64,000 nucleotides of DNA from an uncultured Bacteroidales bacterium (GCA_903875045.1 CAIQUS010000220.1:784-64783), one strand, 5' to 3'. Shown: positions 45,499-56,267, counted from the first letter of the stretch. Numbers and translations are program-made. The notes: generated from the sequence alone by a model not told the origin.

Positions 45499-45548
45499 AC
45501 AACCCCGTCTTTATATCATTTGTAAACATGATATAAAGATGGGGTTGT
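45499..45548. other. Long hairpin with a 21-bp stem
   Basis: ACAACCCCGTCTTTATATCAT-ttgtaaac-ATGATATAAAGATGGGGTTGT. The only non-Watson-Crick pair is one G-T. Confidence 0.7.
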
Positions 45549-45656
45549 GAGTTTTCAGCGTATTCCTGATTTTACCGGCAGTGAATCTATTGTAGTCAGA
45601 TTTAGCTGACTGTTACAAATGGAATGGTTTTGTAAATCGGGGCTTTATAGATAAAT

Positions 45657-45878
45657 TTACAATCCCTGTTTCCTCAATCCATACCGCAACCTGATCTCAC
45701 GTTCGCGGCTTTTGTCTGTTATATAAACTATTGTTCGTCCGTCATCGAGCATGACAGGGTATTTATCCACCACCGAGCCGGATAAAAGCTTTGAGACAGG
45801 AACCTTCGCTTGTTGGTGTGACATGCCCATCCTGTTGTCAACTGAATCATTTGTTGTGATATGTCGTGTGTTTTTCAT
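45657..45878 (-). CDS. Hypothetical small protein
   Basis: ORF only (73 aa). I recognise no motif. Confidence 0.3.
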   Translation of the reverse strand: MKNTRHITTNDSVDNRMGMSHQQAKVPVSKLLSGSVVDKYPVMLDDGRTIVYITDKSREREIRLRYGLRKQGL

Positions 45879-46483
45879 CGCGCTTTAACGTTTAGATATT
45901 TCCTATAAAGTTAAGATTGATTATTCATTAACCTGACAAAGGGGGTGGTCTTTTAATGAACAAAAAAATGTTAAAAACTTTTTTGCCTTGAAAAAAGACA
46001 GGGACACATTGTATTTTATTCAACACTTTCCCGATGAGACTGCATACAGAGTGAAGCTGTACAACAAGCAGCTAATGAATGATCTCCAGCCGCCACACAT
46101 ACATGGATTGCAAGATTACTGGTGTCCTGTCCTTGTCAAGAACAATGTTCATGTGATAATTCGGCCAGTTAGGGTTAAACGCGGAGGCACAAATGGTACT
46201 ATCGGGATTTACATCCTGATACAGGTCGCCCGCTATTTTTGTCACGACTCATCAATGGGCGCTCTGACAAAGATCAGCAAAAGTTCAATCCGAAAAGTAG
46301 CTTTGGGTAGATTGACTTGAAACATTTTCCATAGACATTTCGGAGCGGCCGAAAGCAATATCCCTGCAACTTTGATTTCGTATAAAAAGTATGATTTTTT
46401 CCAGTCAGGTATCATTATAATCTGACCGAAAAAACCTAAATTTGACCATAATAAACAGAATACAATTTCCAAATAGCCAAAAG

Positions 46484-47269
46484 ATGAAAAAATACAGCGT
46501 GAAATCTATTGTTTTAATAGTATCAATTTGCTGGTTCACCGGGTCAAACGGCATCCTTGCCCAATCTTCATCCCGGTTCAGTATTCATAAATACATCAGT
46601 GAGCAGGGGGATACACTTAATTATCGTCTGCTTTTCCCGGATTATGACACCATTCAAAGATATCCGCTTATCATTTTCCTGCACGGTTCGGGCGAACGTG
46701 GCAGCGATAATGAAGCCCAGCTGAAATGGGGTGTGATGAATTTTGCCACCGACCAGGCCATGTCAGCACACCCGGCCTTTGTCATTGCCCCTCAATGCCC
46801 ATCCAATCAAAGCTGGTCGAATTTTTATGAAAACGAAAAAACCAGGGAAATTCTGCTTCAGCCCTCTCCGTCTAAACCGATGGCACTTGTCGTCGAGCTC
46901 ATCCGTCAGCTCATAAAAACCTATTCGGTTGACACAAACCGCATCTACATAACGGGGCTCTCGATGGGAGGATATGGAACGTTCGATGCCATTGAAAGGT
47001 ACCCCCGCTTATTTGCAGCAGCTGTGCCTGTTTGTGGTGGTGGCGATGTGTCGAAAGCCGCTTCAATCGCACATATCCCAATGTGGATTTTCCATGGGTC
47101 GGAAGACCCTGGAGTGAACCCGCTCTACTCAATTGACATGATTTCGGCGTTGACCAAAGCCGGGTCACATGCGGGGCTTACTTACTATCCTGGTGTCGGA
47201 CATTTTGCATGGCTTGCGGCATACAGTGATCCCCTGATGATGGAATGGCTGTTCCGGCAGCATAAATAG
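46484..47269 (+). CDS. Secreted alpha/beta hydrolase (carboxylesterase / prolyl-oligopeptidase-family serine hydrolase)
   Basis: Signal peptide from MKKYSVKSIVL. FLHGSGERG, the nucleophile elbow GLSMGGYGT, FHGSEDP, and GVGHF supplying the His. Confidence 0.75.
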   Translation: MKKYSVKSIVLIVSICWFTGSNGILAQSSSRFSIHKYISEQGDTLNYRLLFPDYDTIQRYPLIIFLHGSGERGSDNEAQLKWGVMNFATDQAMSAHPAFVIAPQCPSNQSWSNFYENEKTREILLQPSPSKPMALVVELIRQLIKTYSVDTNRIYITGLSMGGYGTFDAIERYPRLFAAAVPVCGGGDVSKAASIAHIPMWIFHGSEDPGVNPLYSIDMISALTKAGSHAGLTYYPGVGHFAWLAAYSDPLMMEWLFRQHK

Positions 47270-47432
47270 AGACTCAGGAAACAAAGACATCGGAATTAAC
47301 AACTTTCACACTTTTTTGCATCAATGATTTTTTTATTCTATAAATGTTATATATTTGTTGAAAAATAGAAACAACCACAACGTCTCTATCTTGTGAAGTG
47401 ATTCTTCGGTTTACAGTTTTAAAGAACAGCAG

Positions 47433-48119
47433 ATGTTTTATATCATTCATTTGACAATCTGTAAGTTAATTTACGGAGAATTTTCTAAAGAGTATTTTTT
47501 CTTATGTCAGAGATACAAGAAAAAATATCCGAATCTGAATGTTATGCTAAAAAGATGTTTCATCACCGACCCGGTTCTCAGGTTTGATAACATTATTCTC
47601 AGAAATAGCTCCTTTCCCGTTTTTAAAACATCAAGGCCCATTCATTTCGAAAAAAATGCATTCGGGGCAGATATCAGGGAAATTGTTCGCTCCAAAGGGA
47701 AAGCCATCTGCGTTAATTATATGGAGGCGGGGAATGATCTCATTAAAGTGGTTGGCTACCGAACACGAATCCTGGATTTGACAACACTTCTGCTTTTTTA
47801 TTCATCCCATGGTAAATTTTTTTTCGGTGAATATTCCTTTTCAAATAAGCATAAAGAGGCGTGGGGACAGATTGCGGTTGCGCTTTTCGATAAATACAGT
47901 ATCAGCGACCAGGGAGAACGGAAGCAATTTTATATTGAAGACGATAATGGATCAATCCTCTGTTTTCATGATGATGGATTTGTATTAAGTATAAAATATT
48001 TTAATTCAGCGGCTTGTGTGCCATACGAACAACTCAGGTACATGTTTACCCAAAGCAAAGTTGTCAGCGGAGTACCGGTTCAGGATTCGTTTGTAAATTC
48101 TATGTCTGACCGGTTATAA
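47433..48119 (+). CDS. Hypothetical protein
   Basis: ORF only. A TATATTTG box lies about 75 nt upstream. The start is uncertain; an alternative is MLKRCF at 47544. Confidence 0.35.
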   Translation: MFYIIHLTICKLIYGEFSKEYFFLCQRYKKKYPNLNVMLKRCFITDPVLRFDNIILRNSSFPVFKTSRPIHFEKNAFGADIREIVRSKGKAICVNYMEAGNDLIKVVGYRTRILDLTTLLLFYSSHGKFFFGEYSFSNKHKEAWGQIAVALFDKYSISDQGERKQFYIEDDNGSILCFHDDGFVLSIKYFNSAACVPYEQLRYMFTQSKVVSGVPVQDSFVNSMSDRL

Positions 48120-48250
48120 AGTTGCCTTCAACCATATATCGTTTCTTTCCTCCTCACCTTAAAAAATTATAACATTTTAGAAAAATTTCATAACGGTCCA
48201 TTGGATTCGACGGTTTACTTTTGATCCTTCATTTAAAATGCTTTCCATTT

Positions 48251-49039
48251 ATGAAGAAGTCTTTCCTGTTTTTGTTATTTATCCTGCTAATGGTAAATTC
48301 CCGGGCTCAGATTAACCTTGAAAAAACTTATCCTGCTTCGGCAGACCTTACGCAACTAAGCGTTTCAGGTTACAAGTATTTCCTGATGGATGTAACCAAC
48401 AACCAATGCCTTTTGTATAATATGGATCATTCGGAATGGAAAGCAATTAAACTCAGCGTTCCGGCAGGGATGTATTTGTATGATATCAGGTATGTTTCCG
48501 AAACCTTGTTTAATACAGACAACAAGGTGGAACTTGCCTACACCTATTATTCTTATGACACAACCATGCTCTATTACACCTATTATACAATGGTTGTTAA
48601 CGAAGACGGGCTGGAGTTACTCTATTTACCAGGTTGCAGTTATGTGCAGGTGAAGGCATCCGGCACGAATGGCACGAAATTGCTCGGATACGTGTATGAT
48701 TATTCTATCCTGCTTTGGACGATGAATACGGTTGTTTATTCATTGCCAGGAAATATGCCCAACGGTGTGATTCCGTTGGAGGGAGATACGTATCTGAACA
48801 GGCCATTTCCCAACCCTTCAAATGGAATGGTTACGATACCCTATCACCTTCCCGATGGTATCGGATCTGCAGAGATCAGGATTATCAACGGATCCGGGCA
48901 GGTAGTGAAGAGTTACCGGGTTGACCGGACTTTCAATAATTTGCAGATTCAAACGGCAGACTTGCCAAAAGGCGGATATATTTACCAGTTGAAAATCAAT
49001 GAAATGGTTATAAGTTCCGGCAAGTTAATCCATGACTGA
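48251..49039 (+). CDS. Hypothetical T9SS-sorted protein
   Basis: Signal peptide MKKSFLFLLFILLMVNSRAQ. The C-terminus, PFPNPSNGMVTIPY...GGYIYQLKI, is a T9SS CTD. Confidence 0.6.
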   Translation: MKKSFLFLLFILLMVNSRAQINLEKTYPASADLTQLSVSGYKYFLMDVTNNQCLLYNMDHSEWKAIKLSVPAGMYLYDIRYVSETLFNTDNKVELAYTYYSYDTTMLYYTYYTMVVNEDGLELLYLPGCSYVQVKASGTNGTKLLGYVYDYSILLWTMNTVVYSLPGNMPNGVIPLEGDTYLNRPFPNPSNGMVTIPYHLPDGIGSAEIRIINGSGQVVKSYRVDRTFNNLQIQTADLPKGGYIYQLKINEMVISSGKLIHD

Positions 49040-50096
49040 TCCTGCTGTTGACCGGATGAAACGTGATGGTACGGCCGACCTGTTGAAAGGGTTGGCCGTG
49101 CTTTTAATGATCCAGGTGCATATCATGGAACAGTTCGTTTCTTCGGATACGTATAACAGTCTGATCGGAAAAGCATCGATGTTTCTTGGCGGACCGCCAT
49201 GTGCCCCGGTATTTCTCGCCGTGATGGGTTATTTTCTGGCTATTACGGCAAAGCCCTTTTTATATTTTCTGAAGAGGGGAGGCCTGCTGTTCCTGGGAGG
49301 AATTTTGCTCAATGTTGCCCGCTCGGCAAACCTGCTGGCGCAGATCTGGCGGGGTGACATTGACCTGAACCCGTGGTTTTTCATAATGGGTGCAGATATC
49401 TTAACACTGGCCGGTCTCAGCCTGATATTAACCGGTATCCTGCGGTCGATTTTTAAAGATTATACCTGGTTATACTTTCTTACAGCCATGGCCATCGCAG
49501 CCGTCAGCCCGTTAATGAGTCAGATTCGGATAGCAGGAAGTGTGTCACAATATCCCTTTGCTTTCATCGGAGGAATGGCGGAATGGTCTTATTTCCCGCT
49601 ATTTCCGTGGTTTGCATACGTACTGACCGGCTATTCGTTCAGCCTGTTGATCAGACAAAAACCAAAACTGCACCACCTCGATATTCAAAATAAATTTATC
49701 TATTTCATTCCTTTATGGATCGGTGTATTGATCACCATGCCTTATGCTTTGACGATAACACACAACCTGACAGGAACCGATGGGTATTATCATCACGGGT
49801 TTCTTTTTTTCGGCTGGGTGGTTTTGTTCATGGTCTCGTATCTGATTCTTGTCAAATTGCTTGATATTTCATTTGGGGACCATAAGGTTGCCGGGCTCAT
49901 CAAATGGATCGGGCAAAAAGTAACGAGCCTTTATGTTATCCAATGGCTGATCATCGGTAACATTGCAGCCTGGTTATTCAGAAGCCAGGATTTGTTCCAG
50001 TTTGTGGCCTGGTTCGCGGGGATTACTCTTGCCACCTTACTTACAGGCGGTGCAATGGAAAAAATAAAAGCGCTGCAGCGATCGCGACATGGTTAA
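49032..50096 (+). CDS. DUF1624 / heparan-alpha-glucosaminide N-acetyltransferase-like membrane acyltransferase
   Basis: RDGTADLLKGLAVLLMIQVH at the N-terminus, and about 10 TM segments. Confidence 0.5.
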   Translation: MTDPAVDRMKRDGTADLLKGLAVLLMIQVHIMEQFVSSDTYNSLIGKASMFLGGPPCAPVFLAVMGYFLAITAKPFLYFLKRGGLLFLGGILLNVARSANLLAQIWRGDIDLNPWFFIMGADILTLAGLSLILTGILRSIFKDYTWLYFLTAMAIAAVSPLMSQIRIAGSVSQYPFAFIGGMAEWSYFPLFPWFAYVLTGYSFSLLIRQKPKLHHLDIQNKFIYFIPLWIGVLITMPYALTITHNLTGTDGYYHHGFLFFGWVVLFMVSYLILVKLLDISFGDHKVAGLIKWIGQKVTSLYVIQWLIIGNIAAWLFRSQDLFQFVAWFAGITLATLLTGGAMEKIKALQRSRHG

Positions 50097-50125
50097 TCAG
50101 TGGTTGTTTTTCTTCCGGTGGAGGT

Positions 50126-53100
50126 TTATTTTTTAGAGAATTTTTCTTTCAGGCTGTCTACCGCGTAATATACCACCGGAACCAGGTAAACTGTCAGAAT
50201 AAGTGATGACAGCAGTCCTCCGATGATAACCCATGCCAGCCCGTTCTTCCATTCACTGGCCGTACCTTTTGCAAGCGCGATCGGCAGCATCCCGATCACC
50301 ATTGAAAGTGTGGTCATTAAAATGGGCCGCATACGCTCTTTGCCGGCCATGATCAATGCTTCTCTGACACTTTTACCCTGCGCTTTTAACTGGTTGGTAA
50401 AGTCCACAATCAGGATGGCATTTTTTGCGACCAGCCCCATCAGCATGATCAGCCCGAGCAATGAAAACAGACTCAGATTACTCATCGTCAGGTTTAATGC
50501 GAGAAAAGCACCTATTACCGCAACAGGTATGGAGAACAACACGACAAACGGATAAATGAAACTATCGTACAACGCTACCAGGATCAGATAGATGAGTAGA
50601 AACGAAATCATCAACACCGACCCCAGGGCGCCGAAGCTGTCATGCTGTCTTTTAATGTCGCTTCCCCATGTCATCTCAACGCCTGCAGGCAATGGATTCT
50701 TTTTGAGGTAGGCCACCACATCGTCGGCCACTGTTCCCGAAGGTCTGCCCAGGGCTTCTGCCGTAAGTGTCACAGCCGGTTGCCGGTCTTTCCTTTCCAG
50801 CAGCGATGGAGAGTTGTCCTGCACTACTTCCGCAAATTGCTTTACCTCAATGGGCATGCCCATTGGATTTACAATGGTCAGTTTATTCACATCTTCAAAG
50901 TTTTCACGGTTGAAATCATCCAGCCGGATTCTTATGGGATATTCCGTCCCGTTTTCGGTTAAAGTCGCGTCTTCATTCCCTGTAAAAGCGCTTCTGATAT
51001 TCATTCCCACATAGGCTGTTGTCAACCCGAAGCGTTGCAGTTTATCCTTGTCAGGAATGATTTTATATTCCGGACTTCCTTCCTCCACAGATAAACGGAC
51101 ATTATCGGCTCCGGGAATTTTTTCAATGACGGATCTTAACGAAGCACCGGTTTTCATTACCAGGGCAGGATCACTTCCACTCACGGTCAATTCTATTGGT
51201 GCTGTACGTGGAATGAGTCCCAATGCGGCCATTGAATAGTTGATACCCGGGAACTGCTTTTGAAGCGCTTTCCGGCACTGCTTCATGAACTCCTCCGTTG
51301 GCTGGTTGCTTCGTTCGCTGGCAGGTTTTAACTGGATCGTAAATTCTGTTTTGTTGGATGCACCAACCCCCAGACTGCCAATACCGGTGCCCGGACCTCC
51401 GATGTTACTGAATACTGTTGCCACCTCAGGTTGCTGAAGGATGAAGCCTTCTATTTGTCTCGACCGGATGTTGTTCTGCTGAACGGAGGTTGATTTGTCA
51501 AATTCCAGGTTCAGCCGGAATTTACCCTGATCGCCGGTGGCGATGAGTTCCTTACCGATAATACCTTGTTTAAACATCACCCCGGTAAATGCAAACAGCA
51601 AAAGCACAATTCCTGCGAAGATGAGCTTATGTGTAAGCACCCATTCCAGTTGTTTCCCATACCAGCTGATGAATTTTGTAAGATTGTGCTCAAACCAAAG
51701 TAAAAACCGATTGAAAAAATTAGTTGGTTTTAAGTCCTCCGATTTTCCTATTCTGGATGCCAGCCAGGGAGTCAGTGTAAATCCCACCAATAAGCTGGTG
51801 AGCGTTGATGTGACCACCACAATTGAAAATTGTTTGAGCATATCAGCCACGAAAACCTGCAAAAACAAAATGGGCAGGAACACAACAACATCAACCAGTG
51901 TGATGGATAATGCTGAAAACCCGATCTCCATCCGGCCGTCCAAAGCAGCAGCACGTTTTCCCTTTTTCATATCCAGGTGGCGCTGGATATTTTCCAGGAC
52001 CACCGTGGCATCATCTACCAGGATGCCGATAATCAGCGACATGGCCAGCAACGTCATCAGGTTGAGGGTATATCCCAAAATCCACATCACTGCAAAAGCG
52101 GTTACCAGAGAGGTTGGAATCGCGATCAGCACAATAAGCGAATTCCTGAAGCTTCTCAAAAACAACAGCATGACCAATGAAACCAGGATCACCGCCAGAA
52201 ACAAATCAAAAACAACAGAGTCAACTGCGGCAATCGTTTTATCGGTACTGTCATCGGCAATCACGAATTGTACTGCGGCTGTAGTGTATTGTTGTTCAAT
52301 GGATTTGAATTTTGCCCGGACCAGCCTCGTAACGTCCACTGCATTGGCATCGCCTTGCTTCTTAATTAATAATCCGATCCCGTTCTTTCCATTATAGCGG
52401 CTGATGGATGTAATCTCCCTGATTCCATCCGTAACGGTGGCCACATCTTTCACATACACAGGGCTTCCTGGTGCAGGCATTGCCACCTGCACATTTTTAA
52501 TGTCATCGATGGTGGAGAATTTACCGGTTAACCGCACTGAATTATTTTCGGTGTTCGTTTGAACTTTCCCGGCAGGCAAATCCAGTCCTGAACGGTTAAT
52601 GGCATCCGTTACCTGGGAAAGGGAGATTTTATATAATTTTAATTTTTCCTGGTTGACTTTTACCTCAATCTCCCGCTCTTCCCCCCCTAAAAGGGTGATT
52701 TCTGCCACACCTTTTATTTGCTGTATCTGCGGCAGGAATTCATCTTTCATTTTTTGATAAAATTCTGTTCCCTGCAAATTACTGGCAGCGCTCACCGACA
52801 TGATCGGCAAATCATTGGGGGAAACTTTGCTCATAACGGGACTCTGGATATCAGCAGGCAAATCTTTACGAATGTTATCGATGTAACGCTGGGCATCCTG
52901 CATCGTTTTGCCCAGGTCGGTACCGTATTTCAGGTTGACGATAATGATGGAGGCATTGGGGAGTGATTTTGTTACAAGATAGTCCACGCCTTCGAGGTTG
53001 GAAAGTGCATCTTCGATTTTGCGCGAAACAGAGGTTTCTACTTCCGGGGGTTCCGCCCCGGGATATATGGTTTTAATTACCACAACAGGCTGATTGAAAT

Positions 53101-53215
53101 CGGGCATCAGTTCGTAACTCAGATTTTTATATCCGATAAATCCGGCCAGGGTCAGCACACTGAAAAGCACGATGATCAGCGACGGACGGTTGATAGATAT
53201 TTGTGTGATATTCAT
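50126..53215 (-). CDS. RND efflux transporter, inner-membrane permease (AcrB/HAE family)
   Basis: 1029 aa with the 12-TM, two-large-loop layout. The N-terminus is SINRPSLIIVLFSVLTLAG. Confidence 0.9.
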   Translation of the reverse strand: MNITQISINRPSLIIVLFSVLTLAGFIGYKNLSYELMPDFNQPVVVIKTIYPGAEPPEVETSVSRKIEDALSNLEGVDYLVTKSLPNASIIIVNLKYGTDLGKTMQDAQRYIDNIRKDLPADIQSPVMSKVSPNDLPIMSVSAASNLQGTEFYQKMKDEFLPQIQQIKGVAEITLLGGEEREIEVKVNQEKLKLYKISLSQVTDAINRSGLDLPAGKVQTNTENNSVRLTGKFSTIDDIKNVQVAMPAPGSPVYVKDVATVTDGIREITSISRYNGKNGIGLLIKKQGDANAVDVTRLVRAKFKSIEQQYTTAAVQFVIADDSTDKTIAAVDSVVFDLFLAVILVSLVMLLFLRSFRNSLIVLIAIPTSLVTAFAVMWILGYTLNLMTLLAMSLIIGILVDDATVVLENIQRHLDMKKGKRAAALDGRMEIGFSALSITLVDVVVFLPILFLQVFVADMLKQFSIVVVTSTLTSLLVGFTLTPWLASRIGKSEDLKPTNFFNRFLLWFEHNLTKFISWYGKQLEWVLTHKLIFAGIVLLLFAFTGVMFKQGIIGKELIATGDQGKFRLNLEFDKSTSVQQNNIRSRQIEGFILQQPEVATVFSNIGGPGTGIGSLGVGASNKTEFTIQLKPASERSNQPTEEFMKQCRKALQKQFPGINYSMAALGLIPRTAPIELTVSGSDPALVMKTGASLRSVIEKIPGADNVRLSVEEGSPEYKIIPDKDKLQRFGLTTAYVGMNIRSAFTGNEDATLTENGTEYPIRIRLDDFNRENFEDVNKLTIVNPMGMPIEVKQFAEVVQDNSPSLLERKDRQPAVTLTAEALGRPSGTVADDVVAYLKKNPLPAGVEMTWGSDIKRQHDSFGALGSVLMISFLLIYLILVALYDSFIYPFVVLFSIPVAVIGAFLALNLTMSNLSLFSLLGLIMLMGLVAKNAILIVDFTNQLKAQGKSVREALIMAGKERMRPILMTTLSMVIGMLPIALAKGTASEWKNGLAWVIIGGLLSSLILTVYLVPVVYYAVDSLKEKFSKK

Positions 53216-53226
53216 GGCTCGTTGTT

Positions 53227-54276
53227 TTATTTAACGTTTACATTGGCTCCATCAAAAAGGTTGATGAACCCGCCGGTGATCATAACATCGCCTTCTGTTA
53301 ACCCGGCACCAACGACTGCTTTATTTTTCGTTCGTGCCGTGACGGTGATATCCCTGAGCACCGCTTTCCCTTTTTCAACCAGGTAAACCTGCGGGCGAAC
53401 CGACGATCCGACAATGGCGGTAGCCGGAATGATCATGCGTTTATCCCCATTACGCTCTGTTAATATTACTTTGCCAAACATACCAGCTTTGATTGTTAAT
53501 TCCGGCGTATTATGAATGGCGAACTGCACCGGGAAACTGCTGGCCACGTTTGCCCTGCTTCCTATAAGGGTAGCTCTTCCTGAAAGGACGATTTCAGGAA
53601 AAACATCCGCAACAACCTGATATGAACTATTGGTGTTGAATAATTTCAAATCAGCTTCAGGAACAGTGACCGTAAATTTCAACTGAGAGATATCTGTAAT
53701 CTGAAGTAAAGGGACACCCGGGGCTGCAAACGCACCCACCTCGGTCAGTTTTGCCGTTACGATCCCATCAAATGGCGCTGTGATGGTCGTTTTACTGACC
53801 TGTTCGAGCAAGGTGTTTCTTTGCACTTTGGCCGATTTCAAACCCAGTTCGGCTTTCTCCAGAAGCACACCCTGAACGGCATCGGCATCGGTGAGGATCC
53901 TATAACGCTTCACATCAGCCTCCAGTCCTTCGATTTGAACTTCGACTGACGCAATTTGCAGTTTCAGCAATGAGTTATCCAGTTGCAGCAATGGCTGCCC
54001 TTTCTTTACGATGCTCCCTGCATCCACGAGAATTGTATTAATCTTCCCCTGGATATCAGTGCTGAGTCTCGTTTCCTTATCCGGTTCAAAAGTTCCGGAG
54101 AACGAATATTCAGCATCGATATCCTCCAAATGCAAGGTGTCGGCATTTACATTGACCGCTTCTTCCTTATTATATTGATAAACTTGTTGCCGGGCAGTGT
54201 CTTTATTTGTCATTAAACGAATAACAACGAGGGCGAACAACATGATTGGGATAATAACATAAAGGACTTTTTTCAT
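53227..54276 (-). CDS. RND efflux periplasmic adaptor (membrane fusion protein)
   Basis: Its position in the operon, together with lipoyl/hairpin/beta-barrel motifs (V..G..V.KGQPLLQLD, TITAPFDGIV). Confidence 0.85.
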   Translation of the reverse strand: MKKVLYVIIPIMLFALVVIRLMTNKDTARQQVYQYNKEEAVNVNADTLHLEDIDAEYSFSGTFEPDKETRLSTDIQGKINTILVDAGSIVKKGQPLLQLDNSLLKLQIASVEVQIEGLEADVKRYRILTDADAVQGVLLEKAELGLKSAKVQRNTLLEQVSKTTITAPFDGIVTAKLTEVGAFAAPGVPLLQITDISQLKFTVTVPEADLKLFNTNSSYQVVADVFPEIVLSGRATLIGSRANVASSFPVQFAIHNTPELTIKAGMFGKVILTERNGDKRMIIPATAIVGSSVRPQVYLVEKGKAVLRDITVTARTKNKAVVGAGLTEGDVMITGGFINLFDGANVNVK

Positions 54277-54279
54277 TGC

Positions 54280-55605
54280 TTATTTATTTAAAATGTTTCC
54301 TGTTAACTTTTTTAATTCCAGATCTGCCTTCAGATACTCAACTACCGCACCCAGGTAGTTTTGCTGGGCTTCCCGCAACGCATTGTCAGCCAGCAGCACA
54401 TCAGGCAGACCTGCTGTGCCTTGTGCCTGTTGCAAAATCGTTTGCCCGTAAACAGATTGCCCCAGCGCTATCTGTGAGAGGGTGGTTTCCAGTGAATGTT
54501 GTGCGACCATCCTTTGCTGCCGGGCATTGTCAATCTGCATGTTGGTTTGTTCCGTTATCAAACTCTGCTGGAGTTCACTGTTCCTGACTTCCAGTCTCTT
54601 CTGATTGATTTTTCGCCGGGTGATCGTCCCGTTAAAAAGAGGATAGGTCAATTGCAGTCCGGCATATCCAATGGGATAGAATTTTAAAAACTCATTGGGT
54701 TGTTTGTCATAACCATATCCGGCGGTTCCATAAGTGCCATACAAAGCCAGGGAGGGTAACCGTGAATTTTTCAATGTTCTGAGTTCGCTGACAAGCAATC
54801 TCGATTGTGTCTCCGAAATTCGGATATCAAAGGTTGATGTGGTTTTATATTCGTTGTTTTCAGGATGGTATAAGAAAAGAGGGGTTATGCCAACGGAGCG
54901 TTCTCCGGAGATACCCATGGTGAATTTCAAGGCATTGAGTATTTGTTCGAATTTGTTGGCAATTATTTCACCCTGATTGGTCAGTTGGTCAATCTGCAAC
55001 TGAACTTTGCTGATATCAGTGCCTTTTGCAAGCAATTGTTCTTTGAGTAATTGCAGATTCTTCAACAATTTTTTATTGTTCATGAGGTTGCTATCAATGA
55101 ATACAAGCTGACTGCTGAGGATCTGGGCATTGTAATACAAATTGGATATCTCAAAAATGATCTGCTCAGTTGTTTTCTGAACCTGCAGTCCGCTGATTTC
55201 CGATCCGATCTTCGTTGACTGGATGGCTCCATAAATCAGTGGATTATATACGGATAACGTCAGTTGCAAATTTGCATTGATGTTATGCGGAACACCAAAT
55301 TTCACCTCTTTAAACTGCCCGTCGGGTCCTCCAAAGGCCGACAGCGGCATAAACTGGTATGGTAAATTGGCGTAATACCGATAGTCGGCATTGACATTTA
55401 TTTTGGGAATCAGGTTTGCCTCTGCTTCCTTGTGTTTCTGTTCACCAGCCTCTCTCGAATTCCGGCTTATTTGCAAACGCTTGTTGTATACGAGGGCAGT
55501 ATCGATGCACTGTTGCAAAGTCCACACCTGGCTTTGTGCAGTTCCGGAAGCTACTGTAAGGAAAAGTAGCAGCATTATTTTGTGTTTGTGAATATTTACT
55601 AACAT
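54280..55605 (-). CDS. TolC-family outer-membrane efflux protein
   Basis: Signal peptide, two repeated OEP halves, and its operon position. The alternative start MLLLFL is at 55575. Confidence 0.8.
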   Translation of the reverse strand: MLVNIHKHKIMLLLFLTVASGTAQSQVWTLQQCIDTALVYNKRLQISRNSREAGEQKHKEAEANLIPKINVNADYRYYANLPYQFMPLSAFGGPDGQFKEVKFGVPHNINANLQLTLSVYNPLIYGAIQSTKIGSEISGLQVQKTTEQIIFEISNLYYNAQILSSQLVFIDSNLMNNKKLLKNLQLLKEQLLAKGTDISKVQLQIDQLTNQGEIIANKFEQILNALKFTMGISGERSVGITPLFLYHPENNEYKTTSTFDIRISETQSRLLVSELRTLKNSRLPSLALYGTYGTAGYGYDKQPNEFLKFYPIGYAGLQLTYPLFNGTITRRKINQKRLEVRNSELQQSLITEQTNMQIDNARQQRMVAQHSLETTLSQIALGQSVYGQTILQQAQGTAGLPDVLLADNALREAQQNYLGAVVEYLKADLELKKLTGNILNK

Positions 55606-55679
55606 AATAAAATAAATTTTTTAGATGATGAATCTGATGTGTTTGCTATTGTATTTTCCCGGCAAAGTCATTTTCATAA

Positions 55680-56267
55680 CTATTTGCTTTTTATAAGTGT
55701 AAGTAAAGACTGTATCATATTTTCTCCATTTCGTTTTATATCGAATTGAAAATTTGCACATTTCCATTTAAACATCATCAGTTTGAAAGTTCCCATAACG
55801 ATATGCACCATTTCATCGGAAGTAATTGCATTGGTAAAAACCCCTTTTTGTTGTCCTTCCATGATCACAGGCATCAGGTGTTTCATTTTGGCATTCATCA
55901 GCTTAAGGATGGCTTCATTGATGCGGCGTGTCTCTTCCATCAGCCCATCGGAGAATACGGCAACAACAAAGTGTGGATTCAGATTAAAAAACCTGAATTG
56001 TTCCCGGAACATGGCGGTAAACTTTTCTTCAGGATTTGAGTAATTGTTTAATTCAGATAATCGTTGGTCAATACTCTCAGATAAAAAAGAAAGCATGGCA
56101 ATGATAATCTCCTCTTTGCTTGTGAAATGGCGGTAAATGGCACTTTCTGAAAATTTCATCTCTTTTGCCAGATTTTTTATGGTCAACCCGCTTACCCCCG
56201 ACGATGTAAGTATTTTCCCCGCCGCTTCAATAATTTCTTCTTGTCGTTCTGATCGTTCTGATGTCAT
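55680..56267 (-). CDS. TetR/AcrR-family transcriptional regulator
   Basis: The HTH is IIEAAGKILTSSGVSGLTIKNLAKEMKFSESAIYRHFTSKEE. It lies upstream of the efflux operon. Confidence 0.85.
   Translation of the reverse strand: MTSERSERQEEIIEAAGKILTSSGVSGLTIKNLAKEMKFSESAIYRHFTSKEEIIIAMLSFLSESIDQRLSELNNYSNPEEKFTAMFREQFRFFNLNPHFVVAVFSDGLMEETRRINEAILKLMNAKMKHLMPVIMEGQQKGVFTNAITSDEMVHIVMGTFKLMMFKWKCANFQFDIKRNGENMIQSLLTLIKSK

Noticed and set aside
45988-46320. 110-aa ORF as a real gene
   Set aside because: It has a non-ATG start and no recognisable motif or signal. It lies in a region that looks like decayed sequence.
37331-48220. Prophage or integrative element inserted at tRNA-Arg
   Set aside because: No integrase, excisionase, phage structural genes or conjugation genes are present, and I found no att-like repeat of the tRNA 3' end by eye. 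I keep it only as a weak island hypothesis.
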